Below are positions 31,418 through 40,997 of a stretch of 64,000 bases of DNA, piece after piece (position 1 is the stretch's first letter; each line of letters begins with the position of its first letter). The notes beneath the pieces were generated by a model that searched no databases, was not told the origin of the DNA, and saw only the letters and a list, made by a program, of their open reading frames with translations. The stretch is taken from positions 285,566-349,565 of the forward strand of contig CAVWER010000003.1 of assembly GCA_963754215.1 (NCBI GenBank), given 5' to 3'. The DNA is from an uncultured Alphaproteobacteria bacterium (GTDB taxonomy: Bacteria; Pseudomonadota; Alphaproteobacteria; Sphingomonadales; Sphingomonadaceae). A program made the translations under genes and the position numbers.

Positions 31418-32713
31418 ATGAGCACCACCCTGATCGAGCAGCTGAAGCGCAATCATCGACACCGGCGAGATCAGCCGCGCCGGGCTCGCCCGCGCCGCCG
31501 GCCTTCATCCCAACAGCCTGCGCAAACTCGGCGCTGCCGACTGGAATCCGACCGCCGACACCCTGGGCCGGCTCGAAAAGCTGATCCAGCGCGGCGACGG
31601 CCGAGGTCCTGGTCGGCAGCCGAGGCGATCATCGACGAGGCGCGCAACGGGCGGATGTTCATCCTCGTCGACGACGAAGCGCGCGAAAATGAGGGCGACC
31701 TCGTCATCCCGGCGCAAATGGCGACGCCCGACGCGATCAACTTCATGGCCCGGCACGGCCGCGGCCTGATCTGCCTCGCGCTCGACCAAGGACCGCGCCG
31801 ACCAGCTCGGGCTCGAGCCGATGGCGCGCACCAACCGCAGCCGCAACGAGACCGCCTTCACCGTCTCGATCGAGGCCAAGGACGGGATTTCGACCGGAAT
31901 CAGCGCCGCCGACCGCGCGCGCACCATCGCCGTCGCGATCGATTCGGCCAACGGACCCGAAGCGCTCGTCTCGCCCGGCCACGTCTTCCCGCTCGTCGCG
32001 CGGCCCGGCGGCGTGCTGGTCCGCGCCGGCCACACCGAGGCCGCGGTCGACGTCGCGCGGCTCGCCGGTCTCAACCCCAGCGGCGTCATCTGCGAGATCA
32101 TGCGCGAGGACGGCGACCATGGCCCGGCTCGACGATCTGATGGATTTCGCCCGCGCCCACGGCCTCAAGATCGGCACCATCCGCGACCTCATCGCCTACC
32201 GGCTGAAGAAGGACCACATGGTCGAGCGGGTCGCGACCAGCGCCTTCACCGCGAGCAGCGGCGCGCAGTGGCAGGCGCAGGTGTTCCGCGACAAGGCGAG
32301 CGGCGAGGAGCAGCTGGCGCTGGTCCACGGCACGCTCGACCCGGCGCAGCCCGGTGCTGGTCCGGATGCACAGCCTCGACCTGTTCGCCGACGTGCTCGG
32401 CGAGGCCGGGCCGCGCTCGGGCGCTGCTCCAGGGCGCGATGCGCGATGATCGAGGAGGAAGGCTCGGGCGTCGTCGTCGCGCTCCACGCCGCGGCGCCGG
32501 GCTCGCTGTCGCGCGCGATCGACCTCGCGCTCGGGCAAGCCGGCCGAGGCCGGCGATGCGGTGCGCGGCTACGGCACCGGCGCGCAGATCCTCGCCGCGC
32601 TCGGCATCCACGACATGATCCTGCTTGACCAACACCCACCATTCGCCGGTCGCGCTGTCGGGCTACGGCCTGGCGATCGTCGAGGAGCGGCCGATCGAGC
32701 TGGCGGCAACTAG
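31418..32713 (+). CDS. ribB: HTH-RibB-degenerate GTP cyclohydrolase II fusion (RibBX type; frameshifted)
   Basis: Reconstructed N-terminus [20 protein letters not shown]...[11 protein letters not shown]; RibB motifs [48 protein letters not shown]; C-domain [10 protein letters not shown] lacks the Zn-binding cysteines. Confidence 0.88.
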
Positions 32714-33137
32714 ATGTCGACCATCCTGCTCGTCGAGGCGCGCTTCTATCCGCACCTCAACGACATGCTGCTCGCCGGCGCCCGCGCCGCGATCGAGGCG
32801 GCCGGCCACAAGCACGAGACGCTGACCGTTCCCGGCGCGCTCGAGCTTCCCGGCGCGATCGCGCTCGCCGCGCGCAGCGGCCGCTTCTGCGCCTTCGTCG
32901 CGCTCGGCGTCGTGATCCGCGGCGAGACCTATCATTTCGAGGTCGTGTCGGACGAAAGCGCGCGCGGGCTGATGGACCTGACGCTGCAGGGCTTCGCCAT
33001 CGGCAACGGCATCCTGACCGTCGAGAACGAGGCGCAGGCGATCGTCCGCGCCGATCCCGCGCAGGGCGACAAGGGCGGCGCACGCCGCGCGCGCCGCGCT
33101 CGCGCTTTACGAGCTGCGCGAGCAATACGCGCCGTAA
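32714..33137 (+). CDS. ribH: 6,7-dimethyl-8-ribityllumazine synthase (frameshift near 3' end)
   Basis: [31 protein letters not shown]. Confidence 0.93.
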
Positions 33138-33139
33138 TT

Positions 33140-33224
33140 CGTCGTCCTGAACTTGTTTCAGGACCCATTTTCGTGAAGGGCGCCGCGTCTCCAGCATGGA
33201 TGCTGAAACGAGTTCAGCATGACG
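33140..33224. repeat. Inverted pair of CGTC-type REP hairpins
   Basis: CGTCGTCCTGAACTTGTTTCAGGACCCAT ... ATGGATGCTGAAACGAGTTCAGCATGACG; each arm is itself a hairpin. Confidence 0.8.
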
Positions 33225-33232
33225 GGAGTGTA

Positions 33233-34125
33233 GTGACCCGCCATCCCCACCGTTTCGCCTTTCCCGCCGTGCTGGTCGGCAGCTGCTGCGCTCGCCTTCG
33301 GGCCGTGGCTGGTGCGGCTGTCCGGGCGTGGGCCCGGTCGCGGCCGGATTCTGGCGGCTGGCGCTCGCGCTGCCGTTCCTGTTCGTGATCGCCGCGATGA
33401 CCGGCCAGCCGGTCCATTGGCCGGGCCGCAAGCTGGCGCTGCTGGTCGCCTTCGCCGCCTTCTTCTTCGCCGCCGACCTCGCCGCCTGGCACGTCGGCAT
33501 CCACATGACCAAGCTCGGCAACGCGACCTTGTTCGGCAATGTCTCGAGCTTCGCCTTCGCCGCCTGGGGGCTGTGGCTGGCGCGGCGCTGGCCCTCGCCG
33601 CTGCAGGCGACGGCGCTGGGGCTGGCCGCGCTCGGCGCGGCGCTGCTGATGGGCAGCAGCTTCGAGCTCAGCCCGCGCCACTTCGCGGGCGACCTGCTCG
33701 CGCTGTTCGCGGGCCTGCTTTACACCGGCTATCTGATCGCCGTTCAGCGGGCGCGCGGCTCACTCAAGCCGCTGCCGCTGCTGTTCCTGGCGAGCGCGTT
33801 CGGAGCGGCGATGCTGCTGCCCGTGTCGCTCGCGCTCGGCGAGCAAGTCATTCCCGCACGACTGGACGTACGTGCTGCTTCTGGCGCTCGGCAGCCAGGT
33901 GATCGGCCAGGGCCTGCTGGTCTAGCGATCGGCTACGTGCCGCCGCTGGTCGTCGGCCTCGCGCTGCTGACCCAGCCGGCGATCTCGGCCTTCGTCGGCT
34001 GGATCGCCTATGGCGAGACGCTGTCGCCGCTCGACTGGATCGGCGCCGCCGCGATCGCCGCCGCGCTGGTGCTCGTGCGCCTGCCCGAGCGGGGCTTGCG
34101 AACGCCGGTCGACCAGCCCAGTTGA
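33233..34125 (+). CDS. EamA/DMT family transporter (frameshifted)
   Basis: [36 protein letters not shown]; about 10 TM. Confidence 0.85.
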
Positions 34126-34130
34126 CCGGC

Positions 34131-34787
34131 ATGGAGTCGCCCAGCCCACTCGAACAGCTGCGCCGGCGAGCTGGCGCTCGCGGTCGGCGAGAATGCGGTG
34201 TTCGACGGCTGGACCGCGCAAAGCGGTCGATTCGGCCGCCGCCCAGCTCGGCATCGATCCGGTCCAGGCGCGGCTCGCGATGCCCAAGACGCCAGGCGGC
34301 GATGATCGACCTCTACATCCAGGAGGTCGACCGGGCGCTCGAGGCCTGGTTCACGCCCAAGCGGCTGGCGGGGATGAAGATCCGCGAGAAGATCCGCGCC
34401 CTCGTCTGGCGCCGGCTCGAGATCATGGGCCCGGCGCGCGAAGCGGTGCGCCGCGCGCTCGCGATCCTCGCCATGCCGCAGAACTTGCCGCTGGCGCTGC
34501 GCATCGTCTGGCGCACGGCCGACCTGATGTGGCGCATCGCCGGCGACACCAGCACCGACTTCAACCATTATACCAAGCGCATGACGCTCGGCGCGGTCTA
34601 CGGCTCGACCCTGCTCGCCTGGCTCGACGACCAGAGCGAAGGCTGGAGCGACACCGCCGCCTTCCTCGACCGCCGCATCGACAACGTGATGGAGTTCGAG
34701 AAGTGGAAGGCCGAATGGCGCGGCTCGTCCGAGCGGCGGCTCAGCCTCTCGCGCTTCCTCGGGCGGCTGCGCTACCCGCCGCGCTAA
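34131..34787 (+). CDS. COQ9 family ubiquinone biosynthesis protein (frameshifted)
   Basis: FDGW, MKIREKI, AD.MW..AGDTSTDFNHYTKR, FLDRRIDNVMEFEK. Confidence 0.88.
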   Translation: MESPSPLEQLRRRAGARGRRECGVRRLDRAKRSIRPPPSSASIRSRRGSRCPRRQAAMIDLYIQEVDRALEAWFTPKRLAGMKIREKIRALVWRRLEIMGPAREAVRRALAILAMPQNLPLALRIVWRTADLMWRIAGDTSTDFNHYTKRMTLGAVYGSTLLAWLDDQSEGWSDTAAFLDRRIDNVMEFEKWKAEWRGSSERRLSLSRFLGRLRYPPR

Positions 34788-34795
34788 GCGGCTAT

Positions 34796-34810
34796 TGATA
34801 ATCATTCGCA
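34796..34810. promoter_or_regulatory. Fur box
   Basis: TGATAAT-C-ATTCGCA 7-1-7 motif 18 bp upstream of an iron permease start. Confidence 0.75.
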
Positions 34811-34828
34811 GAAGGCTAGGCCGCGGCC

Positions 34829-36759
34829 ATGCCGCGCCGTCTTTCCTGCCTTTACAATCTTGTTTGCCGGACTCGGCCATACCGGCTTCCGCGTCCGCAG
34901 CCGACGGCTGACGTCCAAACCGCCTGGCGGCTGCTCGATTATGTCGCGGTGGATTATGGCGGCGCGGTTCAGGGCGGGAAGATCGTCAGCGCTTCCGAAT
35001 ATGCGGAGATGCGCGAATTCTCCGGATCGGTGGCCGAAAAGATCGCGTCGCTGCCAAACCAGCCGGCCAAAGCCGAAGCTGATTGGCGAAAGCGCGCGAT
35101 TCAGAACCATGGTCGAGCGCAAGGCTTCGCCTGCTGAGGTCGCATCTGCGGCCCGCGCACTGGGCGCGCACCTTCTCTCCGCTTATCCCGTACCGCTCGG
35201 TCCCAAGCAGCCGCCCGACCTCTCGCGCGGCGCGCAGCTCTTCCAGCAGAATTGCGCAAGCTGCCATGGCGCCAAAGGCGATGCGCAAACCGCCATCGCG
35301 CAGCAGCTCGACCCGCCGCCGATCGCCTTCGCCGACCACGCCCGCGCCAGCCAGCGCAGCCCGTTCGCACTCTACCAGGTCATCAATCAGGGCCTCGAGG
35401 GCACAGCGATGCAAAGCTTCGCGCAGCTGCCCGACGCCGACAAATGGGCGCTGGCCTTCGAGGCCAGCCGCTTCGCCTATCCCGAGATCTTGGAGCGGCA
35501 AGGCAAAAGGATCTGGGACAGCGACCCGGCGGTCAGGAGCAAGATTCCCGATCTGAATGCACTGAGTTCCTTGTCCGAAAGCCAGTTCTCGAAGCAAATC
35601 GGCCCCGATAAGGCCGGACCGGTGATCGCTTACCTGCGGGCGCATCCCGAGGCGCTGGTCGCGCAGACCTCCTCTCTCGCCATCGCTCGCGCCCGGCTCA
35701 ATGAAAGTCTTGCCGCCTATCGCGCCGGAAACCGCGACCAAGCGAAGCGCCTGGCGCTCGCCGCCTATCTCGACGGCTTCGAGCCGGTCGAGCCGATGCT
35801 GAGCGCCCGCAACGCCACTCTGCTGGCCAAGGTCGAGCAGGAGATGGGGCAGCTTCGCGCCGGCATCGCGGCCAATCGCGACCCCGATGAGATCAGCGCG
35901 CAGGTCGCTCAGATACAGTCCTTGTTCGATGAAGCGGAAACTACGCTCGCGCCGGACCAGGCGAGCAGTGCGTCCGCGTTTCTCGGCGCGTTCACGATCC
36001 TGCTCCGCGAAGGCCTCGAAGCCCTGCTCATCGTCGTCGCGATGCTGGCGTTCCTGAACAAGGCCGACCGGCCGGAACTCACTCGCCCCGTCCATGTCGG
36101 CTGGACCAGTGCGCTCGCCGCGGGTGTGCTGACCTGGTGGGTCGCGACCAGCCTGATCACAGTGAGCGGCGCGAGCCGCGAGCTGACCGAGGGCTTCGGA
36201 TCGCTGCTTGCAGCCGCCGTTCTGTTGTTCGTCGGCATCTGGATGCACGGCAAGGCGCAGGCCGGTCAGTGGCAGCGCTACATCCGCGAGAAGCTCCACA
36301 ATGCGCTGGCGCGCGATTCGGCGCTGGTTCCTGTTCTCGCTCGCCTTCATCGCCGTTTATCGCGAGGTGTTCGAGACGATCCTGTTCTTCACCGCGATGG
36401 CAGCGGAGGGTAGTGTCGCCAGCCTCGTCGCGGGCGGCCTCGCCGGGGGCGCAGTGCTGGCGGCAATCGCTGTTGCCATGCTGCGCTTCAGCCGGCGCCT
36501 GCCGATCGGCAAATTCTTCTCTTACAGCTCTGCGCTGGTTGCAGTCCTGGCCGTGGTCCTGGCCGGGAAGGGCGTGGCCGCGCTTCAGGAGGCTGGCCTA
36601 GTCTCGATTCACCCGCTCGCCGCGCTGCCGAGAATCTCCCTGCTCGGCCTGTTCCCGACTCTGCAGGGAATCATCGCGCAGATCGTCACGCTGGCGGCGT
36701 TGCTTCTGGGCTTCGCGTGGAATCGCTGGTCGTCGAGGCGGCTGGCCCCAGCGGCCTAG
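34829..36759 (+). CDS. Cytochrome c / FTR1 iron permease (PbrT-like; frameshifted)
   Basis: [17 protein letters not shown], heme motif [21 protein letters not shown] and REVFET. Confidence 0.9.
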
Positions 36760-36817
36760 GACTGGCGCCGCGCACGCTGCTGCTTTATCGCATTCCCGAG
36801 CTGGAATGGAGACGGAT

Positions 36818-37294
36818 ATGGCGGGCGTGAACAAGGTGATCCTGGTCGGCAATCTGGGCGCGGACCCGGAGGCGCGATCGCTCAATAACGGCGGCGAGGT
36901 GGTCAACATGCGCGTCGCCACGTCGGAAAGCTGGAAGAGCGGGACGGCAAGCGCCAGGAACGCACCGAATGGCACAATGTCGTGATCTACAACGAGAACC
37001 TCGGGCGGGTCGCGAAGAGCTATTTGAAGAAGGGCTCGAAGGTCTATCTCGAAGGGCAGATCCAGACCCGCAAATGGGCCGACCAGTCGGGCAATGACCG
37101 TTATACGACCGAGGTCGTGCTGCAGCGTTTCCGCGGCGAGCTGGTGCTGCTCGACAGCCGCAGGCGGCGGCGGTGGCGCGCGGCGCCTTCAACGACGACT
37201 TCGAGGACGCCGGCGGCGGCGCCGGCGCGCGGAGCAGTCGCGGCCGCAGCCGGCGGCTTTCGACACCGACCTGGACGACGACGTTCCGTTCTAG
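36818..37294 (+). CDS. ssb: Single-stranded DNA-binding protein (frameshifted)
   Basis: [34 protein letters not shown]-terminal DDDVPF. Confidence 0.95.
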
Positions 37295-37815
37295 GAGCTG
37301 TCGCGTCCGTCCCTGAGCTGGGCCAGCACCGCGAAGGGGCTGGCTTCGCCTTCGGTCAGCACTCCGGCTTCCTTGAGCGCGGCGTCCGCGCCGGCGCTGC
37401 GCGGAAATGGATCGAGCGCCAGCGCCAGCGTGTCGGCGATCGCCGCGCCCAGGTCGATCGTGCTGCCGTCGTGGAACACGACGTCGCAATCGGCCTTGCC
37501 GAGCTCGATCTCTTCCTCCGATCGGCCCGACTTCGGGCTCGGGCATGAAAACGAGCTCGAACGGCTCGTCGACATGCGCCGGCACCGGCTCGCCGGTGAT
37601 CACGCAATCCTGGTCGAGCGAGGCGGCGACCCGGCCCTCGGCGTGGATCACCCGGCCTTTGCGGTGAAGCATCGCCCGCGCCTCCAGCCGGTCAGCGCCT
37701 GCAGCCCGAGCCGCTGGGCGACGGCGTCGCGCTCCGCCTCGTCGGCGGCAAGCTCGAACAATTCGCCGTCGCGGATCTGCTCGATGCGGACATGATGGGC
37801 AAAGCTATCGGTCAC
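37291..37815 (-). CDS. DUF177/YceD family protein (frameshifted)
   Basis: [38 protein letters not shown]. Confidence 0.85.
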
Positions 37816-38325
37816 GAAAGCTGTCCCTTCGATCAGCGCCTGGTCGGAAGCCCTGTCGAGCTCGCGACCAGAACTCGCGAAGTGCGGCCGCGCCATGATC
37901 CAGTGCATCGGCTGCGATCTCGCCTCCATAGACGCTTGCATGCGCGGCTTCGACCCAGCCGCCGCCTGCGACCGCGCCGCGCCACATCTCGACGCGCCGC
38001 GCAGCGCCCGAGACCAGTTTGCGCACCGTGCGCCCGAGCTTGGGATCGCCCAGGCCCATCTCGCGGTGCTCGGATTCCATGACCTCGACGAACCGCTCGG
38101 TCAGCGCGACCGACGCTTCGATCCCTCGCGTGCCGCCGCGCTCGAGCCGGACGATGACCAGCGCCGCAATCGTCGCCAGCATCGCGAACCGCCCCTCGAT
38201 CGTGTCGGGCACGCGGCCTTCGATATACCAGTGGCGCGCCCGCGCTTCGCGCGTGACCGCAATCGAACAGAGGGCGCCGCGGAATCGGGGCGAGCCGTTA
38301 ATCCTGGAAGCAGGGAGCGAAGCAT
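37812..38325 (-). CDS. Ubiquinol-cytochrome c chaperone family protein (frameshifted)
   Basis: VPDTIEGRFAM, REMGLGD; located between bamE and DUF177. Confidence 0.82.
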
Positions 38326-38435
38326 ATGGTCGGTTCGGGCTTGGAGGATCGAGGCTTGCGCCTCCGCATAGGCCCAGCATATTGAGGCGGATCGCCCGGC
38401 AGGCAAGTGCGGGCGAAGAGAGGTTCAAGAACGGC

Positions 38436-38893
38436 ATGAAGGTTTCCAAGGTCTCGCCGGCCGTTATCGCGCGCCGCGCTGCTTGCGGGCTGTGCCGGCG
38501 TCCAGGCGCACAAGGGCGCGGTGGTCGACCCGCAGCTCGCAAGCGCGATTCAGCCCGGCGTCGACAATAAGGAATCGGTCGAAAAGACGCTCGGCCGTCC
38601 GATCGTTCGCCGGCCAGTTCAACGCCAGCGACTGGTATTATGTGTCGCGCGACACCAACCAGTTCGCGTTCCGCAACCCGCGGGTGAGGGAGCAGACGGT
38701 CTATCGGGTCAGCTTCGACCCGGCCGGCAATGTCGTTGCGGTGCAGAAATCGGGCAAGGAGATGATCGCCAATCTCCAACCGTCGCGGCGCATGACTCCG
38801 ACTCTGGGACGCAAGCGCAGCTTCTTCGACGAGATTTTCGGCAACATCGGGTCGGTCGGAGCGGCAGGGCCGGCGAGCCCGCAGGGCTACTGA
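38436..38893 (+). CDS. bamE: Outer membrane protein assembly factor BamE (frameshifted)
   Basis: Lipobox LAGC; PGVDNKESVEKTLGRP, WYYVS, FDPAGNV, TPTLGR, FGNIG. Confidence 0.88.
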
Positions 38894-38951
38894 CCTCCGA
38901 TCCGGCGGCCGCCGCTTCCTAGACGCCGCCGTTTGGCCTAATCCGCCGCTC

Positions 38952-39719
38952 ATGACCGCGACCCCCGCCGGCATGACCTATGCCGACTATCTGAAACTCG
39001 ACCAGCTGCTGGGGGCGCAGCAGCCGCTGTCCGACCTCCACGACGAGATGCTGTTCATCGTCATCCACCAGACCAAAGAGCTGTGGATGAAGGAAATGCT
39101 GCATGAGCTGGTTCTCGCCATCGATCTGATCGGCGAGGACCGCTTCGCCGAAGCCTATAAGGCAATGGCCCGGATCGGCCGGATCCAGGCGGTGATGACC
39201 TTGTCGTGGGATGTGCTCTCGACCCTGACTCCGGTCGACTATATGAAATTCCGCCACGTGCTCGGCACCAGCTCGGGGTTCCAGTCGGCGCAGTTCCGCG
39301 AGATCGAATATCGCCTCGGCCTCAAGGACCCGGCGTATCTCGAACATTATGACGAGGGCACGTCCGAGCGCGCCCGGCTTCACGTCGCGCTCGAGGAGCC
39401 GAGCCTTCGCGAAGCGGCGACCGACGCGCTGAAGCGGGCCGGGTTCGATATCGGCGACGGGTCGGTGGAGGATCGCGCGGCGGCCTGGCTGCAGGTCTAT
39501 CGCGACGCCGACCGCTGGTTCGAGCTGTACGAGCTGGCCGAGAAGCTCGTCGACATCGACGACGCGCTCGCGATGTGGCGTCACAAGCATGTGCTGACGG
39601 TCGAGCGGATCATCGGCGACAAGCACGGCACCGGCGGCTCGGCGGGCGCGGCCTATCTCCGCTCGACACTCGACAAGCGCGTGTTCCCTGAGCTGTGGGC
39701 GCTGAGGACCGATCTTTGA
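38952..39719 (+). CDS. kynA: Tryptophan 2,3-dioxygenase
   Basis: YADYLKLD, HDEMLFIVIHQ..ELW, SSGFQSAQFR, VERIIG.KHGTGGS, FPELW. Confidence 0.95.
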   Translation: MTATPAGMTYADYLKLDQLLGAQQPLSDLHDEMLFIVIHQTKELWMKEMLHELVLAIDLIGEDRFAEAYKAMARIGRIQAVMTLSWDVLSTLTPVDYMKFRHVLGTSSGFQSAQFREIEYRLGLKDPAYLEHYDEGTSERARLHVALEEPSLREAATDALKRAGFDIGDGSVEDRAAAWLQVYRDADRWFELYELAEKLVDIDDALAMWRHKHVLTVERIIGDKHGTGGSAGAAYLRSTLDKRVFPELWALRTDL

Positions 39720-40877
39720 GTTTCAAGCGGCTGTTCAGCCGAAGTCTGGCCGCAAATCCCGAGCGCCTGCACTTCGCCGCGCACAGCCATCATCTGTGGC
39801 CTGACGCCAGCTTCGACGGCCAGGTCGAGGCGTGGAACGACGCCGCCCGCCTGGCCGACACCAAGTGGGACAAAGTCCTCGATGAGGTCTGGCCCGAGGC
39901 CCAGGCGAGTGTCGCCCGCGAGCTTGGCAGCGGCGCCCCCGATACGATCGTATTCGCGTCCAGCACCCACGATTTCCTCGTCCGCCTGGTCACCGCCGCG
40001 CCGCGCCGCGAGCCCGGACCGCTCAGGGTTCTCACGACCGATGGGGAGTTCCACAGCGCACGGCGGCAGTTCGCGCGCTGGGCGGAGGAAGGTTGGATCG
40101 CGCTCGACCAGGTCGCCGCCGAGCCGTTCGACGATTTGTCCGACCGGTTCCTGGCGGTCGCGCAGGCCGGCGAGCACGACTTCATTCTCGTCAGCCAGGT
40201 GCTGTTCGGCAGCGGACGAGTGTTCGAGCGAGTCGAAGAGCTCGCGGCGCTTGCCCGTCCCGGCGGCCCGTGGGTCGTGATCGACGGCTACCATGCGTTC
40301 ATGGCGCTCGACCGACCGTTCGGCGCCGCCGCGGCCGGCTCGGCTTTCTACCTCGGCGGCGGGTACAAATATGCGATGTCGGGCGAGGGCTGTGCGTTCC
40401 TCCATGCGCCCCCGGGTTATGGCGAGCGGCCCCCCGTCACCGGCTGGTTTGCCGAGTTCGAGGATTTGACCCTGCCTCCCGGCAGCGTGGGCTACGCCAG
40501 GGACGCGCGCCGCTTCATGGGTGCGACCTTCGACCCCTCGGCGCTCTACCGGTTCAATGCGGTCCAGCGCATGCTTCGGGAGAATCGAGCTGACGACAGC
40601 CGCCGTCGCGGATCATTCCCGCTTGCTCCAGGCCCAGCTGCTGGACGGCATCGGTGCAACGCCGCTGGGTGAGGCCGAGCTTCTCAATTCCCTCGGCGGG
40701 GGGCCGCATGCGCGGTTCCTCGCCTTCCGCAGCCCGCTCGCCCAGGACCGGTATTCGCAGCTGAAGGCGCAGGATTGCATCACGGACGTTCGAGGCGACG
40801 TCCTGAGGATCGGATTCGGGCTGTATCAAGACCGAAGCGACGTCGAGCGGCTGCAGGGGCTTCTCGCTCAGCTTTAA
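39716..40877 (+). CDS. Kynureninase-like class V PLP enzyme (frameshift near 40585)
   Basis: Overlaps kynA stop; IDGYH, GGYKY (PLP lysine), TGWFA, GATFD, LRIGFGLY. Confidence 0.75.
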
Positions 40878-40948
40878 GTATCTGAACAACAAAGAAATCT
40901 TCAGTTCATGCCGGGGCGGTAGGATGCCTGCTTCAATCGCCGAGCGGT

Positions 40949-40973
40949 GGAACGGTGAGGGCCACTGCCCGTT
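40949..40973 (+). promoter_or_regulatory. EcfG/SigT general stress response promoter
   Basis: GGAAC-N16-CGTT, 24 bp before ATG 40998, with AAGGAG SD in between. Confidence 0.7.
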
Positions 40974-40997
40974 TACAGGCACTGAAGGAGATTTCTC

